Shown piece by piece: positions 52,110 through 64,000 of a stretch of 64,000 nucleotides of DNA. Under the pieces are notes generated by a model. That model worked only from the letters and a program-made list of their open reading frames with translations. It searched no databases and was not told the DNA's origin. Numbering within the stretch: position 1 is the first letter of the stretch; every line of letters starts with the position of its first letter. This DNA comes from Lama glama. Lineage: Eukaryota. The translations under genes were made by a program, and so were the position numbers. Where the stretch lies: the NCBI GenBank assembly GCA_028534125.1, contig CM052832.1, positions 10,790,001 to 10,854,000 of the forward strand, written 5' to 3'.

Positions 52110-52330
52110 ATAGGAATAACTAACACCTCCTCTGGGTTCAGCCTTCACAGTAACCTTAGGAGGTGGGCATAAACTATCACTTCTTTTATAGGTGAGAAAA
52201 CTGAGGCACAGAGAGGTTAAGCAATATTCCCAAGGTCATGCAGTCAGTACGTGGTGCAGTCAGTACCTGGCACAGCCAGGATTCGAACCAGAACAGCCTG
52301 TTCTCCAAGCCTGTGCTTAACCATCACCGT
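52110..52330 (-). mobile_element. MIR SINE
   Basis: 'ttttataggtgagaaaactgaggcacagagaggttaag...ccaggattcgaacc'. Confidence 0.88.
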
Positions 52331-52904
52331 CCATGGAAGACCCTGGAACCTGGGTTGGAAAAATGGAAACTGCACTCCTCCAGCCCCAGGCAGGGTGGAA
52401 GCAGCTCACCTCCTACCAGGAAGCTTCACCCCAGAGGGGACTGATTCTTACCCTGCGTCTGCTTTGTATGATAATAAGGAGAAGTCTGGTGCTGTATAAA
52501 TAAATGCACCTCACAAGGGAGGGAACAGAGAGAACTTTGTCATGGCAAGCAGTGATTCTTACAGTCAGGACCAGCCTGTGGCAAGACTGGAGAGTATGCC
52601 AGCGCTTCTCTGATGTTTTCCAAGCTCTCCCTACGGGGAGCCTAGGGGTAGGTAGAATCTGTGACTGTGGACTAATGATCCATTCTCTTTGAAACTCAGT
52701 CTTCTCATCTGTAAAGTGAACAAATTGAATTATACCCACATACATCTCATCCTGTGTCCCAGACCCCTCTTTTCCTCCACCGTATCTCCTGTCCTTCATT
52801 CCTCTCAGACATCACATCCATCAGTACTGTATCAGAAACTGGTTCAGGCAGTGGGGCCTGGCAGGCAAGCAGTTCCCATCTGACAGATTGAGAAACAGGT
52901 AAAT

Positions 52905-53405
52905 GGCTATCTTCATCGATTAGGAATCATTCAACTACCTACATCTGAAAAATACAAAATAATAGTAACTTAAACAAGATAGAAGCTTACTGCTATTGTA
53001 AAAGAAATTCAGAGATGAACCAACCACACATACAGGGTGGATCTTCAGTGTCAGGCACCTGGGCTGCCACCTCATAGTCCAGAATGACTGCTAGAGCTCC
53101 AGCCTTTGCAGCCACATTCCAATTAGCAAGTAAGAGAAAAGAAATTAAGAATATTGCAAATAAATAAATAAATAAAAAGAATATTGTGCATTCTCCTTTT
53201 TAGGAAGGCTTCACAGAAGTCTCACATAACCTGTCCACTTAGATCTCGTTGGCCAGAACCTAGTCATATGCACATACTTCGCTACAAGGGAATATAGTTT
53301 TATATGTAAGCTGAGTTTCAAGCCCTGTGCTCAGTTAAGGGATTTTTTTTTGCTACAAAGGAGGAAAATGGATATTTTATAGACACCTAGCAGTCTTTGC
53401 CATTT
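52905..53405 (-). mobile_element. MLT1J-like MaLR LTR
   Basis: 'aacttaaacaagatagaag...ctgctagagctccagcc...tctcgttggccagaacctagtcatatg...gctacaaggg'. Confidence 0.75.
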
Positions 53406-54634
53406 TCTCTTGACTTTAAATATGCTGACATCCAGGATGATAGAAATGGTCATCCAGGTCTGTCACAGAAGGTGGGGTCCAGGCATCAGCATATACGGAC
53501 AGGAGTCTAAGCTTCTAGACTTGGCTAGAGTGGGAGAAGTTTCAGATGGGGTCAGTGACATGAGGCAGGAGCTCTCAGGGCATGACGTGACAGCTGTGCT
53601 GGCTGCCCAGGACCGCCACCCTCCCCAATTTCCTGTGCCCTGAACCCGAGGCAGCCCCAAACCTCAGTGGCTAAGTTGCCCAGCTGTGGGGTTTGGGAGC
53701 CAAGAAACGGGGAGCCAGGCAACTCATTACACCAGACATATGGCCTGGGAGAGAGGGAGAGTGAAGAAATGGGAAATGTCAGGTGCTTGGACCAAGGACA
53801 GAAAGGTCTGAACTCCTTGTCAGGAGGAGAAGTTGACTTATGGCCCCAGGGTGGGTCCCCACAGAAGGGAGAGCTGGGCCCTTTTTAAGGAATGGGAGGA
53901 GGGGCGTCCTGGAAGCCGGTTAATAGCAAGCCCCCACCCCACCCCATAGAAGGGAAATGGTATTCTAAACAGAATAAAGCTTGGGAGACAAAACAAAGCT
54001 ATTTCGCTGAATAAATGTTCTGCATTAAAGCAGCCAGAATAGCAATGAATTAAACATCAGGTCTGAATGAAGGGAAAATGCCGTGATTTATAATTGCTTC
54101 AGGCAGGAGGCAGCCTGGGAGAGAGGCTGAGGCCCCATTAGGGACCAGGTTTCTCCACAGAGCTGCGGAAGCATCGGGAGATGTGGGCCGCCTTCAGGGT
54201 GGGGAGACTGGGATGGAGTCTTCTAGAAAAGCAGGCAGCCTGGGGAGATGAAAGAAGTGTGTTCAGGCAGCCAGGAGGCCCACCTGCTTGTCTTAGCTCT
54301 GTATGACCTTGGCTAAGTCGCTTGGCATCTCTGGCCTCCTTTGCCCATTTGTCTGATGGAGAAAATGACACCTGTCTCATCTCCCTTGGTTCTTGGGAGG
54401 ATAAAGGGAAGTAATGGATGATAGAGGGCACTGCACATGTCATGTGCTGCTGTTACTTCTTGGTCTCAGCATCACTGTGAAGGCAGCGATGACACCAGTG
54501 CTGAGTCTCCTGGCTTCTCGTAAGTGATCAGTGTTTGGGGAGGCAGAAGACAGAAAGGGCTAGAACAGGATGTATTGGCAAGTGTTGGAAGGTGTCTGTC
54601 AGAACAGCTCCATGTCAGATGGGCTTATCTTCCT

Positions 54635-54890
54635 GCAGGCAGTGGGGTGTAGTGGTTCAGATCCTGGGGGCCTGGCTTGGGGGATCCCAGCTCACCCACA
54701 TATTAGCATGTGACCTCAGACAAGTTACGAAACATCTCTGCACCTCAGTGTCTTCCTCTGTAAGATCAGTATAGTAATGGTACCTCATTGCAGAGAGTCC
54801 TTGCGAGGATTAAATGAGTTAATACATGTGAAATTCTTGCAGTGTTGCCTGGCACATAGAAACTTCCCTGTAATTGCTAGCTCTTACTAA
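54635..54890 (+). mobile_element. MIR SINE
   Basis: 'cctcagtgtcttcctctgtaag...gaggattaaatgagttaatacatgtgaa...gcctggcacatag'. Confidence 0.88.
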
Positions 54891-54964
54891 GCTTCTAATG
54901 CTGAGCACATCAACTAAATGTCTAGAAAAGAAGCCATGGCTGGCTTGATAGGCTCTGAAACACT

Positions 54965-55125
54965 CCCAAAGCCATGTTACTCATAACTCTGCTCTGCACA
55001 GGAATCCCCTGGGGATCTTGTGAAAATGCAGATTCTGATTTAGCCGGTCTGTGGTGGGGCCTGAGATTCTGCATTTCTAACCAGATCCTGGTGATGCTGG
55101 GACCACATGTTGAGTCCTGAGAGGC
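54965..55125. mobile_element. MER5-family hAT MITE
   Basis: 'aaaatgcagattctgatt...ggtctgtggtggggcctgagattctgcatttctaac'. Confidence 0.85.
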
Positions 55126-55619
55126 AAAGGGATGTTCCTGGTGAATCACCCTGGTGCCTGTAGGGCTATTTCAGGAGGCTGTTAGGTCAGCAGGTCTGCA
55201 CTGCTGCACTCCACTCCCACCTTCTGCCGGAAGGCTGCCTTCCTGAAAGAAGAAATCATCGGAATACAACAGGGATGAGCCTTGATTTTCAACTGACAGA
55301 ACTTTATCAGCTCACAGAACACTACCCGAAAGGCTCAGGCTGTCTTGCTGGGAGATTCCTATCTATTACAAAGAATATAGAAATTCATCCCTAAAAATTC
55401 CCAGTGGCTGACGATGGTGCCAAGGCTGCTGGGAGAAAAGTGGTGAGTGGGTGGCGTAGCTGCAGGTAGATCCCCAATGGATGCCCCGATCCTGGTGGGG
55501 CTGACAAGCCTGTCCCTTGTGGGCTGTATACCTGGGGCAACTAACCTTCCCTGAGCCCAGCTTCTTCAGTGATAAGTGAGGGTTACAAGAGACCCTGCCT
55601 TATAGAGCAGTGTTTACAG

Positions 55620-55875
55620 GTCTGAAAACTTGTCCAAGATTGTTAAGTGAAGAAAGCCAATTGCAGAAAAGCTTGATTCCATTAAAAATATTCAATGATA
55701 TACATTTGTAACCTCATGGGAAAGTCTAGAAGAGTATATATCACGGATAGTAGTTATCTTGGGGAGGGAGAGGTGGGATCATGAGGGCCTTTTACTGTCA
55801 ATAGTGTGAATTTCTATATTGTTTGATTTTTAAAATAATGAGCATGCATTACTTTGATAATCAGAATGCCTCCAT
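55620..55875 (+). mobile_element. L1ME-like 3' end fragment
   Basis: 'ttgttaagtgaagaaagc...tagttatcttgggg...tttctatattgtttgatttt...gagcatgcattacttt'. Confidence 0.6.
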
Positions 55876-58544
55876 TAAAAAAAATCTGCTTAAAAATGGC
55901 TAATGCCAACCTTATAGGCTGTTGTGGAGAGAGAGAACATTTGGCACTGCCCCTTCTCCTAGCCGGCACAGATCATAGGATCTGGGGTCAGAAGGCCTGG
56001 GTGAGAGTTCTGCGTTGTCACTCAATAGCTGTCAAATTTGGGTAGGTCCTACGTCTTCCTAAGCCCTGAGTTCCTCATCAGCAAACTGAAAATGATAAAA
56101 AATACCTAAACCAGGAGGTCAGCATCCTGAGTACCAGTGAAGACAGAGTGACACCGACCCCCCCCACCCCACCTCAGGAAGGAGGAGGAGAATAGAGAGG
56201 GTCTCGGAACCCCACTGAGCTCTTAGGGTAACAAAATTGGGGTTTTCTCTGACTAGCAAGGGAAGGGAAGTCCCTTTGCCCAGACTATGGTATGGCTCTA
56301 AGTACCCTACATACCTGTCTGAAAACTTTAGTGCCCCTGAACCTCTATTCAGCTGTTCCTGCTCCTTGGGATGCCCTTTCCTCTTCTGCCTGGCTGTTTC
56401 CTGCTCATCCTCCAAGACTTGGTTCCTCCAGGAATCTCCCCTGAGCCTCCTGCCACAGCCTGGGGACAGGGGCCCCTCTTGGGGATTCCCTCAGTAGGCT
56501 ACATTTCTTTTTGTTTCCCATTTAGGACTGAGAAGTGAGCAGGTCACTTTTTAATCTATGGCATCTGGCAAAGTACTGGGTGCATATTTTTTTTATTTTT
56601 ATCTATCTATCAGCCTTTTACACCTTTTGATTTAAGCTCTTAGATTATCCTGAGATTTCCTGGTTGGTTCTTCCATGCCAACACAGGGGTCCTTCTGTTC
56701 TACAAAGGGGAAATAGGAGAGGGCAGGATTGCTAGGGTGGTGGTGATGGCATGGTGTCCTCTAGTGGCCAGGTACAGAGGCAGCTGCAGCATCTGGGCCA
56801 GAGAAAGAGGGTAGGAGTCAGGTGGGACACCGGCCCACGTAAAATCAATGAACGTCCCTAGGAGCAAATAAGTGAGTAGGGGAGGGGGGCGTTGTATTAG
56901 CTCTTTCTACCTCCACAGACCCAAGTAGGGGCTGTGGTTTGGCGTAAAAGCATTAGAAAAGAGAAGAACCCCAGAGATTGTCCGCTTGTGGAGAGAAAGA
57001 GGTAGCCATGTGGAGATGCCTCAAGGGCAGAAGGATGGAGCAGAGATCTTTTAGGTGGGTCACTGAGAGAGGGATACCAGTGCGTGTCTCCTCCTCAGAT
57101 GTTGACCTATGCCTGAGAATAGAGAGGCCCTTCAGCTAGGGGGCTGGATCAGTTTTCTCTGGCAGGAAAATCATATTTGAAAGCCCCTTGGTCCTCCCAG
57201 TATCCTTCCTGCCCTGACATCCTAGGACCCATGAGGCTTCCTTATTTCTCCATGGCCCCTTCTCTAAAGCCTGTCCCAGGGCTATGCTCAGAACATGCCG
57301 ACTGCTCCAACAGACATAAGACATTTCCTAGGGATATAGCCATACAGGATAAGACTGAGGGGAAAGTGTCCAGTATAAAACTGAAACAGTGCTCTTTCTC
57401 CAGGCCATGTGAGGAATTTCCAAACCCACAAAAGCCATCTGGTCCAGCCTCCTGACTCATACCCATAAACCAGGGTAGGCAGATACTGATCAGGCTCTTC
57501 TTTCTTATCATGTGACACCGGTGACATTATCAGACCTCTTGTCTTTCAACACCTCTAAGACCTCACATTCCCCAGTCGCCCTTTGTGCCTGGCCCTTTGT
57601 GGAACCAGGGAGGGGCCACCAAAGTGTCCTGAGAAGAAGGGACAGCCAAGGGAGGTGATGACTTCACCAGAAGCCCAGTCACATCCTCCAGTCCTCCGTA
57701 TCACTCCCTTTTAACCAAGGTTCGCTGCCTGGAGTCAAACTTGAGTCTTTCTTGCTGCGACATAACCCAGGTTCCCTAGTTATGTCCCCCTAAGCTAGAG
57801 AGAGGCTCATTAGTCTCTACTTGCCTCCCTCAGCCCCATTTAACTCCTACACCCCCACCAGGAGGCTTTTCCTACTGGTTCTATTTTTTTCCTCCAACTT
57901 TTCATCATTTCTCCTATTGGCTCTGGCTCTCCTCCAGAACCTCCAAATCCTTTTTAAATGTGACAGCTAAAATAAGATGCCAGGAGAAGGCCAAGTGCAG
58001 TGGGATGATCGCACCCTATCTTGCGTGCGCTGCTTCCTCCTTCCTGGGCCCTCCCAGTGGTGGAGGCTTGCCCTTCACTGAGGATGTTATCAGGTCCCCT
58101 ACGATCCTGGGCCCCCTTGGGTTTTCTCCTCGCCTCCACCTGAATTGGCGGGGCTTGTGCTTAACTTCTAAAATCCTTGCCTTGTATTTCACCTGTCCTG
58201 ATTGGATTATTTTTCTAATCCATCAAGTTTCTCCTGAATTATATTCTGGCTCCCTTGTACTGAATGTTTTCCTTGTAGTGCTCCAGCATAAACCAGAATC
58301 TAGTTCTGGTCCTTCTTTTATTCATTTGCAATTCACTCATCCATGTATAGTCAAAGCTACTTTTCCCCTTTGCACCAGCCACTCTGCTAGCTTGGGGAAA
58401 ATGTCATGCCCGAGGCAGTCCCTGGCTTCTGTGGAGATCGGTCTCAGTGAGGACCGTGGACATGGAACAGGGCTGCTCTGTGGAAGGCCAGCGGAAGAAG
58501 ACGGGTGCTGATGTGACAGGGGGACTCATTATAGCATATAGCAA

Positions 58545-58955
58545 CTGTATTTTGCTAATGTTAGGTATGCTGTGGTTAAAAAAAAAACCAGAATAAAAAC
58601 AAAACTCCAGATCTCAGTATCTTAATGCAATGAAGATTTTCTCACACATGCATTTGGTCGTAGGTTGTGTAACTCTACCGGGACCATGGCTGCCTCTGTC
58701 TTGTGGTGTCGTGTCAGCACTGGCCAGCTCCCGGCTGACTGTGGCAGAAAAAGGACTACGGGAACCCTGACACCTGTTTTTACGTACCTTGGATTGAAGG
58801 AGACCCACGTCGCTCCTGCCCACTCGCCATTGGCTGGGACTGGTCACGTGCCCCACCCCTTCCCGCTTAGGCGCAAGGGAGGCTGGGAGATACAGCCTCG
58901 CCATGGGCTCTGGCTGAGTGGCGGGCTGGTGAACGCGAGGCATCGTCTCTCCCGC
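58545..58955 (-). mobile_element. MLT1K-like MaLR LTR
   Basis: 'ccattggctgggactggtcacgtgcc...gcaagggaggctgggagatacagcc'. Confidence 0.7.
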
Positions 58956-59189
58956 ACGGATTTACGTGGCCGGAGCCTAGAAAGAAAAGCTCGGTGAGTC
59001 ACTATCACCACAGTCAACCCTTTCTCGTCAGCCACCTGCCTCCAAAGCAGCTCTTGGTCTTTAAGACGCCTGCTATGCCTTACCCTGGGAGGCCCACCGT
59101 CGGGTCCCAGCCTTGGGGCAGTCCGCGGAGGCCTTAGCCCAAACCCGAAGTAGCTGTGGGGTCTTGACTAAGTGGCCTCACAGCGGGTG

Positions 59190-59665
59190 GAGGGTGGGCT
59201 GGCCACATCCCACTGTGTTGGTCTTGGACCTGTTGTTCTCAAATCCTTCCGCTGCCCTGCATCTCAGAGGGCTGGTCGGTGCAGACTGCCTCCCCCAACA
59301 CTCCGTGTTGGCCGGGTTTCATCTCCCCGGCGGCGTCGGGAAGCGGAGGGTCAGGAGGGAAGCAGCGGGCTCCGGACTTCTCTCTCCCCGCCTGGAGCAG
59401 CTATGGCCCAGCTCCTGGTCTAGAGGCCATAGCGGTCCCGGCTGTCCCCGGTGGCTGTAGCTCCCAGGCTCCGTCAACACCCCCGCTCCTCCCCTCTCTC
59501 TCTCCAGCCTGAGAGCTGGCAGGGGCTTCTCAGGATTGCTCATTTCCAGGTTACTTCTGGCTCTTGACTCCCCCAGCATGTGTGTAACCAGGGCCCCTCA
59601 TTACTTTCCCTCCACTGTGCATTTGAATTTGATTTCTATTTTCCTGTTTAGATCGTGACTGATAG
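59190..59665 (+). mobile_element. LTR33/LTR41-like ERVL LTR
   Basis: Ends 'tttctattttcctg...gtgactgata'; internal 'ctctccagcctgagagctggcaggggcttc'. Confidence 0.55.
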
Positions 59666-61229
59666 ACCAGTTCCTTGGCAGGACCCTGGCAAGGGTGGTG
59701 GGAGGGAAGCAGAGGGAAAGGGAGTGGGTGTTAAGTCAGGTAGAGAGCATGAAAAATAGAAATTAGGTGCAAATAATGGTCCTACTCCCTCTTTGTGGTC
59801 TCCAACCCAGACCTTCAGCCTGCCCAGGGCTGTGTCCTCCAAACTAGTCCTTGGCCAGAGAAGGTGGGGGGAGGGAGGAAAACGTGCATTAGAATAAGCT
59901 GCGGCTGATGCCCTCTCGGTTGGCGCTGAGACAAAGGGATAAATGGGCACAGCTGAGCTCTCCAAGTCAGAACAGAATTTTCCAGGAGCTTCCTGCAGGC
60001 AAGGCCCATGTTGCCCCATCCATCCCAAAGCCCTGCGCTGGGAAAGCTCATGGGGGAGACGTTTGGGTGCCGGCAGGGCCTTGCTGCATCGCATAAATCA
60101 TCCCCAGAAAGGCGACCTGTTCCTCAGCCAGCCGGCTGGGCTAACTCCATTATCCATCCTGGCCTTGCTCACAGCGGCCCTGGCCATGCCTGCAGCAGAC
60201 AGCTGGAGTTCTCTGTATGCAGAACAGCTCCGAGGTGGGGAAATAAATAAAATCAGAAACCATAAATATACCCACTGGCCTCACAGGAGGTGAACCAGCA
60301 GCCCCCTGGGGAGCTAGGCTTCGCTTCCAAGGAGTTGATTAAATTCCAAACCAACCAAGCACCGTCCCTGGGAAAGGTAGGTCCAGGGCTCTGGGAAACG
60401 AATTAAGATCACAAAGTTTTTTTTGTTTGTTTGTTTTTGGGTTTTTTTTTTGTTTGTTTGTTTTAAAAAACAGGGACTTCAGAGTGAGAATCAGAACTTT
60501 AAAACTGTATGGGACCTTCCTGGTGGCTCTCAGCCCTGGCAGCACATTGGGATCACCTGCAGAGCATTTTAAAAGAGCGAGAAAGGCCAGACTCCTCCCC
60601 TCCCCAGTCCCTGAAGATGCTGACTCAGTAAGGCTGGATGGGACCTGAGCTCCTCAGATGAAGAGCTCCTGAAATGCCCTCCAGTCCAGACACTTCAAGC
60701 TCCAATGATAAGGAACTCCGGGGTTCTGAGAGTGAGGCCAAGGGGTTTTTCCACTCAGTGGAATTATGCAGCTCTTCCCAATTCGCAGAAGAAATCAAGT
60801 TAATAAAGAGAATGATCTATATTTAAGGTTTGCCCCCTATAAATTTTTCCTCCTCTTTTCTACCTGCTGCTGCATGCCTGTCTAACCAGTGAGAAACCAA
60901 TATGAACAGGAAATCTCAGAAGCCATTGATCACATCTACTTTGATGACTTTTTTTTTTTGTAAGCTCATGTACTTGAGCTTATGTTTCTGTATCATGTTT
61001 CTAGCACAAATGTAACTAAAGGTAGCATTTCTAGGCAATTTAAGCCCTGGACAACAGAATCAGGTAGCAGTTCCCTCAAATCTTCTTTAGAGTAAAGTGA
61101 GTTAAATATAAATAAATACAACCCCATCTTTTGACCGTGCTCCAGAGGGCCATAACTTACATGGTACAGCCCTTCTAGAGGTCAAGACACAAACCCCGAA
61201 ACTAATCTTCCAGAGGTGAATGTCAACCC

Positions 61230-61410
61230 TACTGCTAATTAATTAGACAAGTGAGTTTGAATAAGGTAATAAACATCCCTGTGCCTTAGTTTCCCCACAT
61301 GGGGGACAGGGATGATGAATGGTACCCACTTCACCGCTGTTCTGAGGACTAAATAAGTCTGTGTATTTAAGGCTCTTTCCCCAGCACCTGGTGCTTAGTA
61401 ATGCTATTAG
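61230..61410 (+). mobile_element. MIR SINE
   Basis: 'ctgtgccttagtttcccca...tgttctgaggactaaataag...cacctggtgcttagta'. Confidence 0.75.
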
Positions 61411-61504
61411 TTAAACACATTTTAGGACTCAGTGGGGTTGTGGGATAGCAGAGTTAGTATCTTTAAAGAGGATGCTTCAGTCAAAGGAATCGTCCTTTAT
61501 CCAT

Positions 61505-62610
61505 TCTTTTTTTAAAAAACAATTTTTTTTTTAAAGAACAGGTGTAGGTTCACAGTGAAGCTGAAAGGAAGGTACGGAGGTTTACCATATACTCCCCGCT
61601 CCCACACACACACAGCCTCCCCCATAAGATCAGCCATCAGAGTAGTACATTTGTTGCAACTGATGAACTTGTATTGACACATCATTATCACCCAAAGTCT
61701 ATAGTTTACCTTAGGGTTCACTCTTGGTGTTGTACATTCTGTGGGTTTGGACAAATGTATGATGACATGTGTCCTTCATTATGGTATCATACAGAGCATT
61801 TTCACTGCCCTAAAGATCCTCTGTGCTCCACCTGTTCATTCCTCTCTCCGCTCTAACGTCTGATCTTTCTATTGTCTTCAGTTTTGCCTTTTCCAGAATG
61901 TCATAAAGTTGTAATCATATAGTAAGGAGCTTTTTCAGATTGGCTTTCTTCATTTAAATCTCTTATGTGTCTTTTCATGGCTTGATAGCTCATTTCTTTT
62001 TAGCCCTGAATAATATTTCATTCTGTAGATGTACCAGTTTACTTATCCATTTGGTTGCTACCAGAGGACATCAGTTATGAATAAACTGCTATAAACATCC
62101 ATGTGCAGACTTTTATGTGGACATGAGTTTTCAGTTCCTGTGGGTAAATACCAAGGAGCACGATTGCTGGATCGTATGATTGGAGTATGTTTAGTTTTAT
62201 AACAAACTATTAAACTGTCTTCCAAAGAGGCTGCACCATTTTGCATTCCCACCAGCAATGAATGAGAGTTCCTGTTGCTCCACATCCTCCCCAGAATTTG
62301 GTGTTGTCAGTGTGCTGGATTTTAGCTATTCTAATAGGTGTGCAGTAGTATCTTGTTTTAATTTGTATTTCCCTGATGACATACAAGGTAGAGCATATTT
62401 TCATATACTTATTTGCCATCTGTATATCTTCTTTGTTGAGGCATCTGTTGAAGTCTTTGGCCCACTTTTTAGTTGGGTTGTTTTTTTGCTTATTTTTGAG
62501 TTTTAAGTGTTCTCTATACATTTTGGATAATAGCCCTTGATCAGATGTGTCTTTTGTAATTATTTTCTCCCAGTGTTTGGCTTATCTTGGCATTCTCTTG
62601 ACATAATTTT
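61505..62610 (-). mobile_element. L1MC-like LINE-1 3' end with decayed ORF2 C-terminus
   Basis: ORF 62210..62521(-) NNPTKKWAKDFNRCLNKEDIQMANKYMKICST...IREIQIKT resembles the L1 ORF2p C-terminal region; 3' UTR 'ttagggttcactcttggtgttgtacattct'. Confidence 0.9.
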
Positions 62611-62985
62611 TTAACCACACAGAAATACATGAATTGGTCTCCTTTTAAAAATCCAGACACTATAGCAGCATATAGAATGAGGAAGTAACAGTGCCTCTTT
62701 GGGATCAACCCCACCCAATGCCACTTCTTCCTGGAGAAAGAGAGCCTCTGCTCTCCAAGCACTTTAAGTTCTGCCAAGTTTTTTCCTGAGAATCAACAGG
62801 TAATTAAGGCACAGATCCTGTTCTCTAGGGACTGGCAATCTGGGAGGGCAGGCAGACAAAATAAAATACAGTAGAGAATGGCAAGTGGAAGAAGACATCT
62901 AAGAGGAAGAAGCATGTGTAGTTTTTTCAGCATTACCCGTGAGGGACGTTGCAGGGTGGTTCTGGTACCAGGTGAAGAGCTAGAC

Positions 62986-63177
62986 CAGTGGTTCTCAAAG
63001 TGTGGTCCTTGGACTGGCAGTTTCAGCATTGCATCATGTGGAAGCTTGTTAGAAAGGAGATTCTCAGGCCCACCCGGACCTGTGAATCAGAGGCTCCAGG
63101 TGGGGCCCACCCAACAATCTGAGTTTTTCTCAGCTCTCTGGGGGATTCTGATGTGCCCTGAAGGTTGAAAACTATTG
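62986..63177 (+). mobile_element. MER5A hAT MITE with residual 8-bp TSD
   Basis: Termini 'cagtggttctcaaagtgtgg' and 'ttgaaaactattg'; flanks AGCTAGAC (62978-62985) and CCCTAGAC (63178-63185). Confidence 0.9.
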
Positions 63178-64000
63178 CCCTAGACGAACTAATACCTCTA
63201 AACTCACTCCCTGAGACTCCACATCCTCCTGCCTGTAAACCAAGAAGGGCTACAGACAGAATGACTGCGGAGCTGCCCAGGGAGATGCTGCTGTGGCCGT
63301 GAGCGCATCACGGGGTTGGCGAATGAAGGGCCCAGAGCTGTCCGCTGGGTGGGTAGCGGGGTGAAGAGGAATCACTTTGCACTTTAGCACTTTGCCCTTC
63401 GGGTCCTACCCTTTCCTGGGAGACAGTCTCAGCTCTTCCCTTTGCTTAGGAAAGTGTCGCAGCACACCGTGTAACTTACCCTCTGGAAGACTCAGCAAAG
63501 CATATATGCTATCCATAATGAATGAGCCCATTTCCTGCATGAATCAGGGGGGTCGGGACAGATTAGCCCTGGTAATGGAGTTAAAGTCAAGCTCATTTGT
63601 TTGCAAGATTATTGGGAAGTCAGAGTCCCTTCGAACAGAGCAGGGAAGGCAGCAGCAAGTTCCCTTGGTTGAGACTTGTGTTGGGTGTGGCCTAGGCTCC
63701 TTTATATGTGTATATGTATATTTTTGGTAGACGTTCCTAGGAGAGAAAAAGGAAGACGAATGCCTTGTTCCAGAGCCTGACCCTGACTGGGTAGAGTCAT
63801 GCCTGGGACCTTTTAGCCTCTTTCCACCTTTGCCCAACCCAGGACCCAGTTCTGGCTCTACTCTCCAGCCTGGTGGGGGGCAGGGACCTCTGCAAGTTTC
63901 TTAATGTCAATTAATTGTTTCTTCTTTCAGAGTTCACCTATTCCTGGGTTCTCACGTGTTGAGGTCACAAGAGAACCCAGTACCTGAGCCATGATGGGAG

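Noticed and set aside
62058..62521. ORFs with protein-like L1 sequence as a functional gene
   Set aside because: Frameshifted remnant of L1 ORF2 within an old truncated L1.
1..64000. CRISPR arrays, rRNA, tRNA, snRNA genes or prokaryote-type systems
   Set aside because: None seen; the sequence is mammalian intronic/intergenic DNA with no spaced direct-repeat arrays or recognisable structural RNA genes.

Overview
Eutherian (placental mammal) genomic DNA. The only protein-coding sequence I can support is the last coding exon of LRFN2/SALM1 (+ strand, 9765-10740: end of the FN3 domain, transmembrane helix, cytoplasmic tail ending in the PDZ ligand ESTV). Upstream is its last intron; downstream are its 3' UTR and about 50 kb of gene-free sequence with ancient repeats (MIR, L2, L1M, MLT1/ERVL LTRs, hAT-Charlie MER elements) and one 100-N gap. 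I found no young lineage-specific SINE. The most interesting signals: (1) a CpG-enriched promoter-like element about 13 kb past the stop codon, with five MYB-type YAACKG sites in 130 bp plus CCAAT and GC boxes, which fits an A-MYB-driven testis lncRNA or pachytene piRNA precursor promoter; (2) a 531-nt AG-free pyrimidine zone before the LRFN2 terminal exon; (3) a 509-bp composite insertion with an 11-bp target-site duplication inside an L2; (4) an orphan CpG-island-like patch on old LTRs. Repeat families were assigned by eye from remembered consensus sequences; boundaries are approximate.
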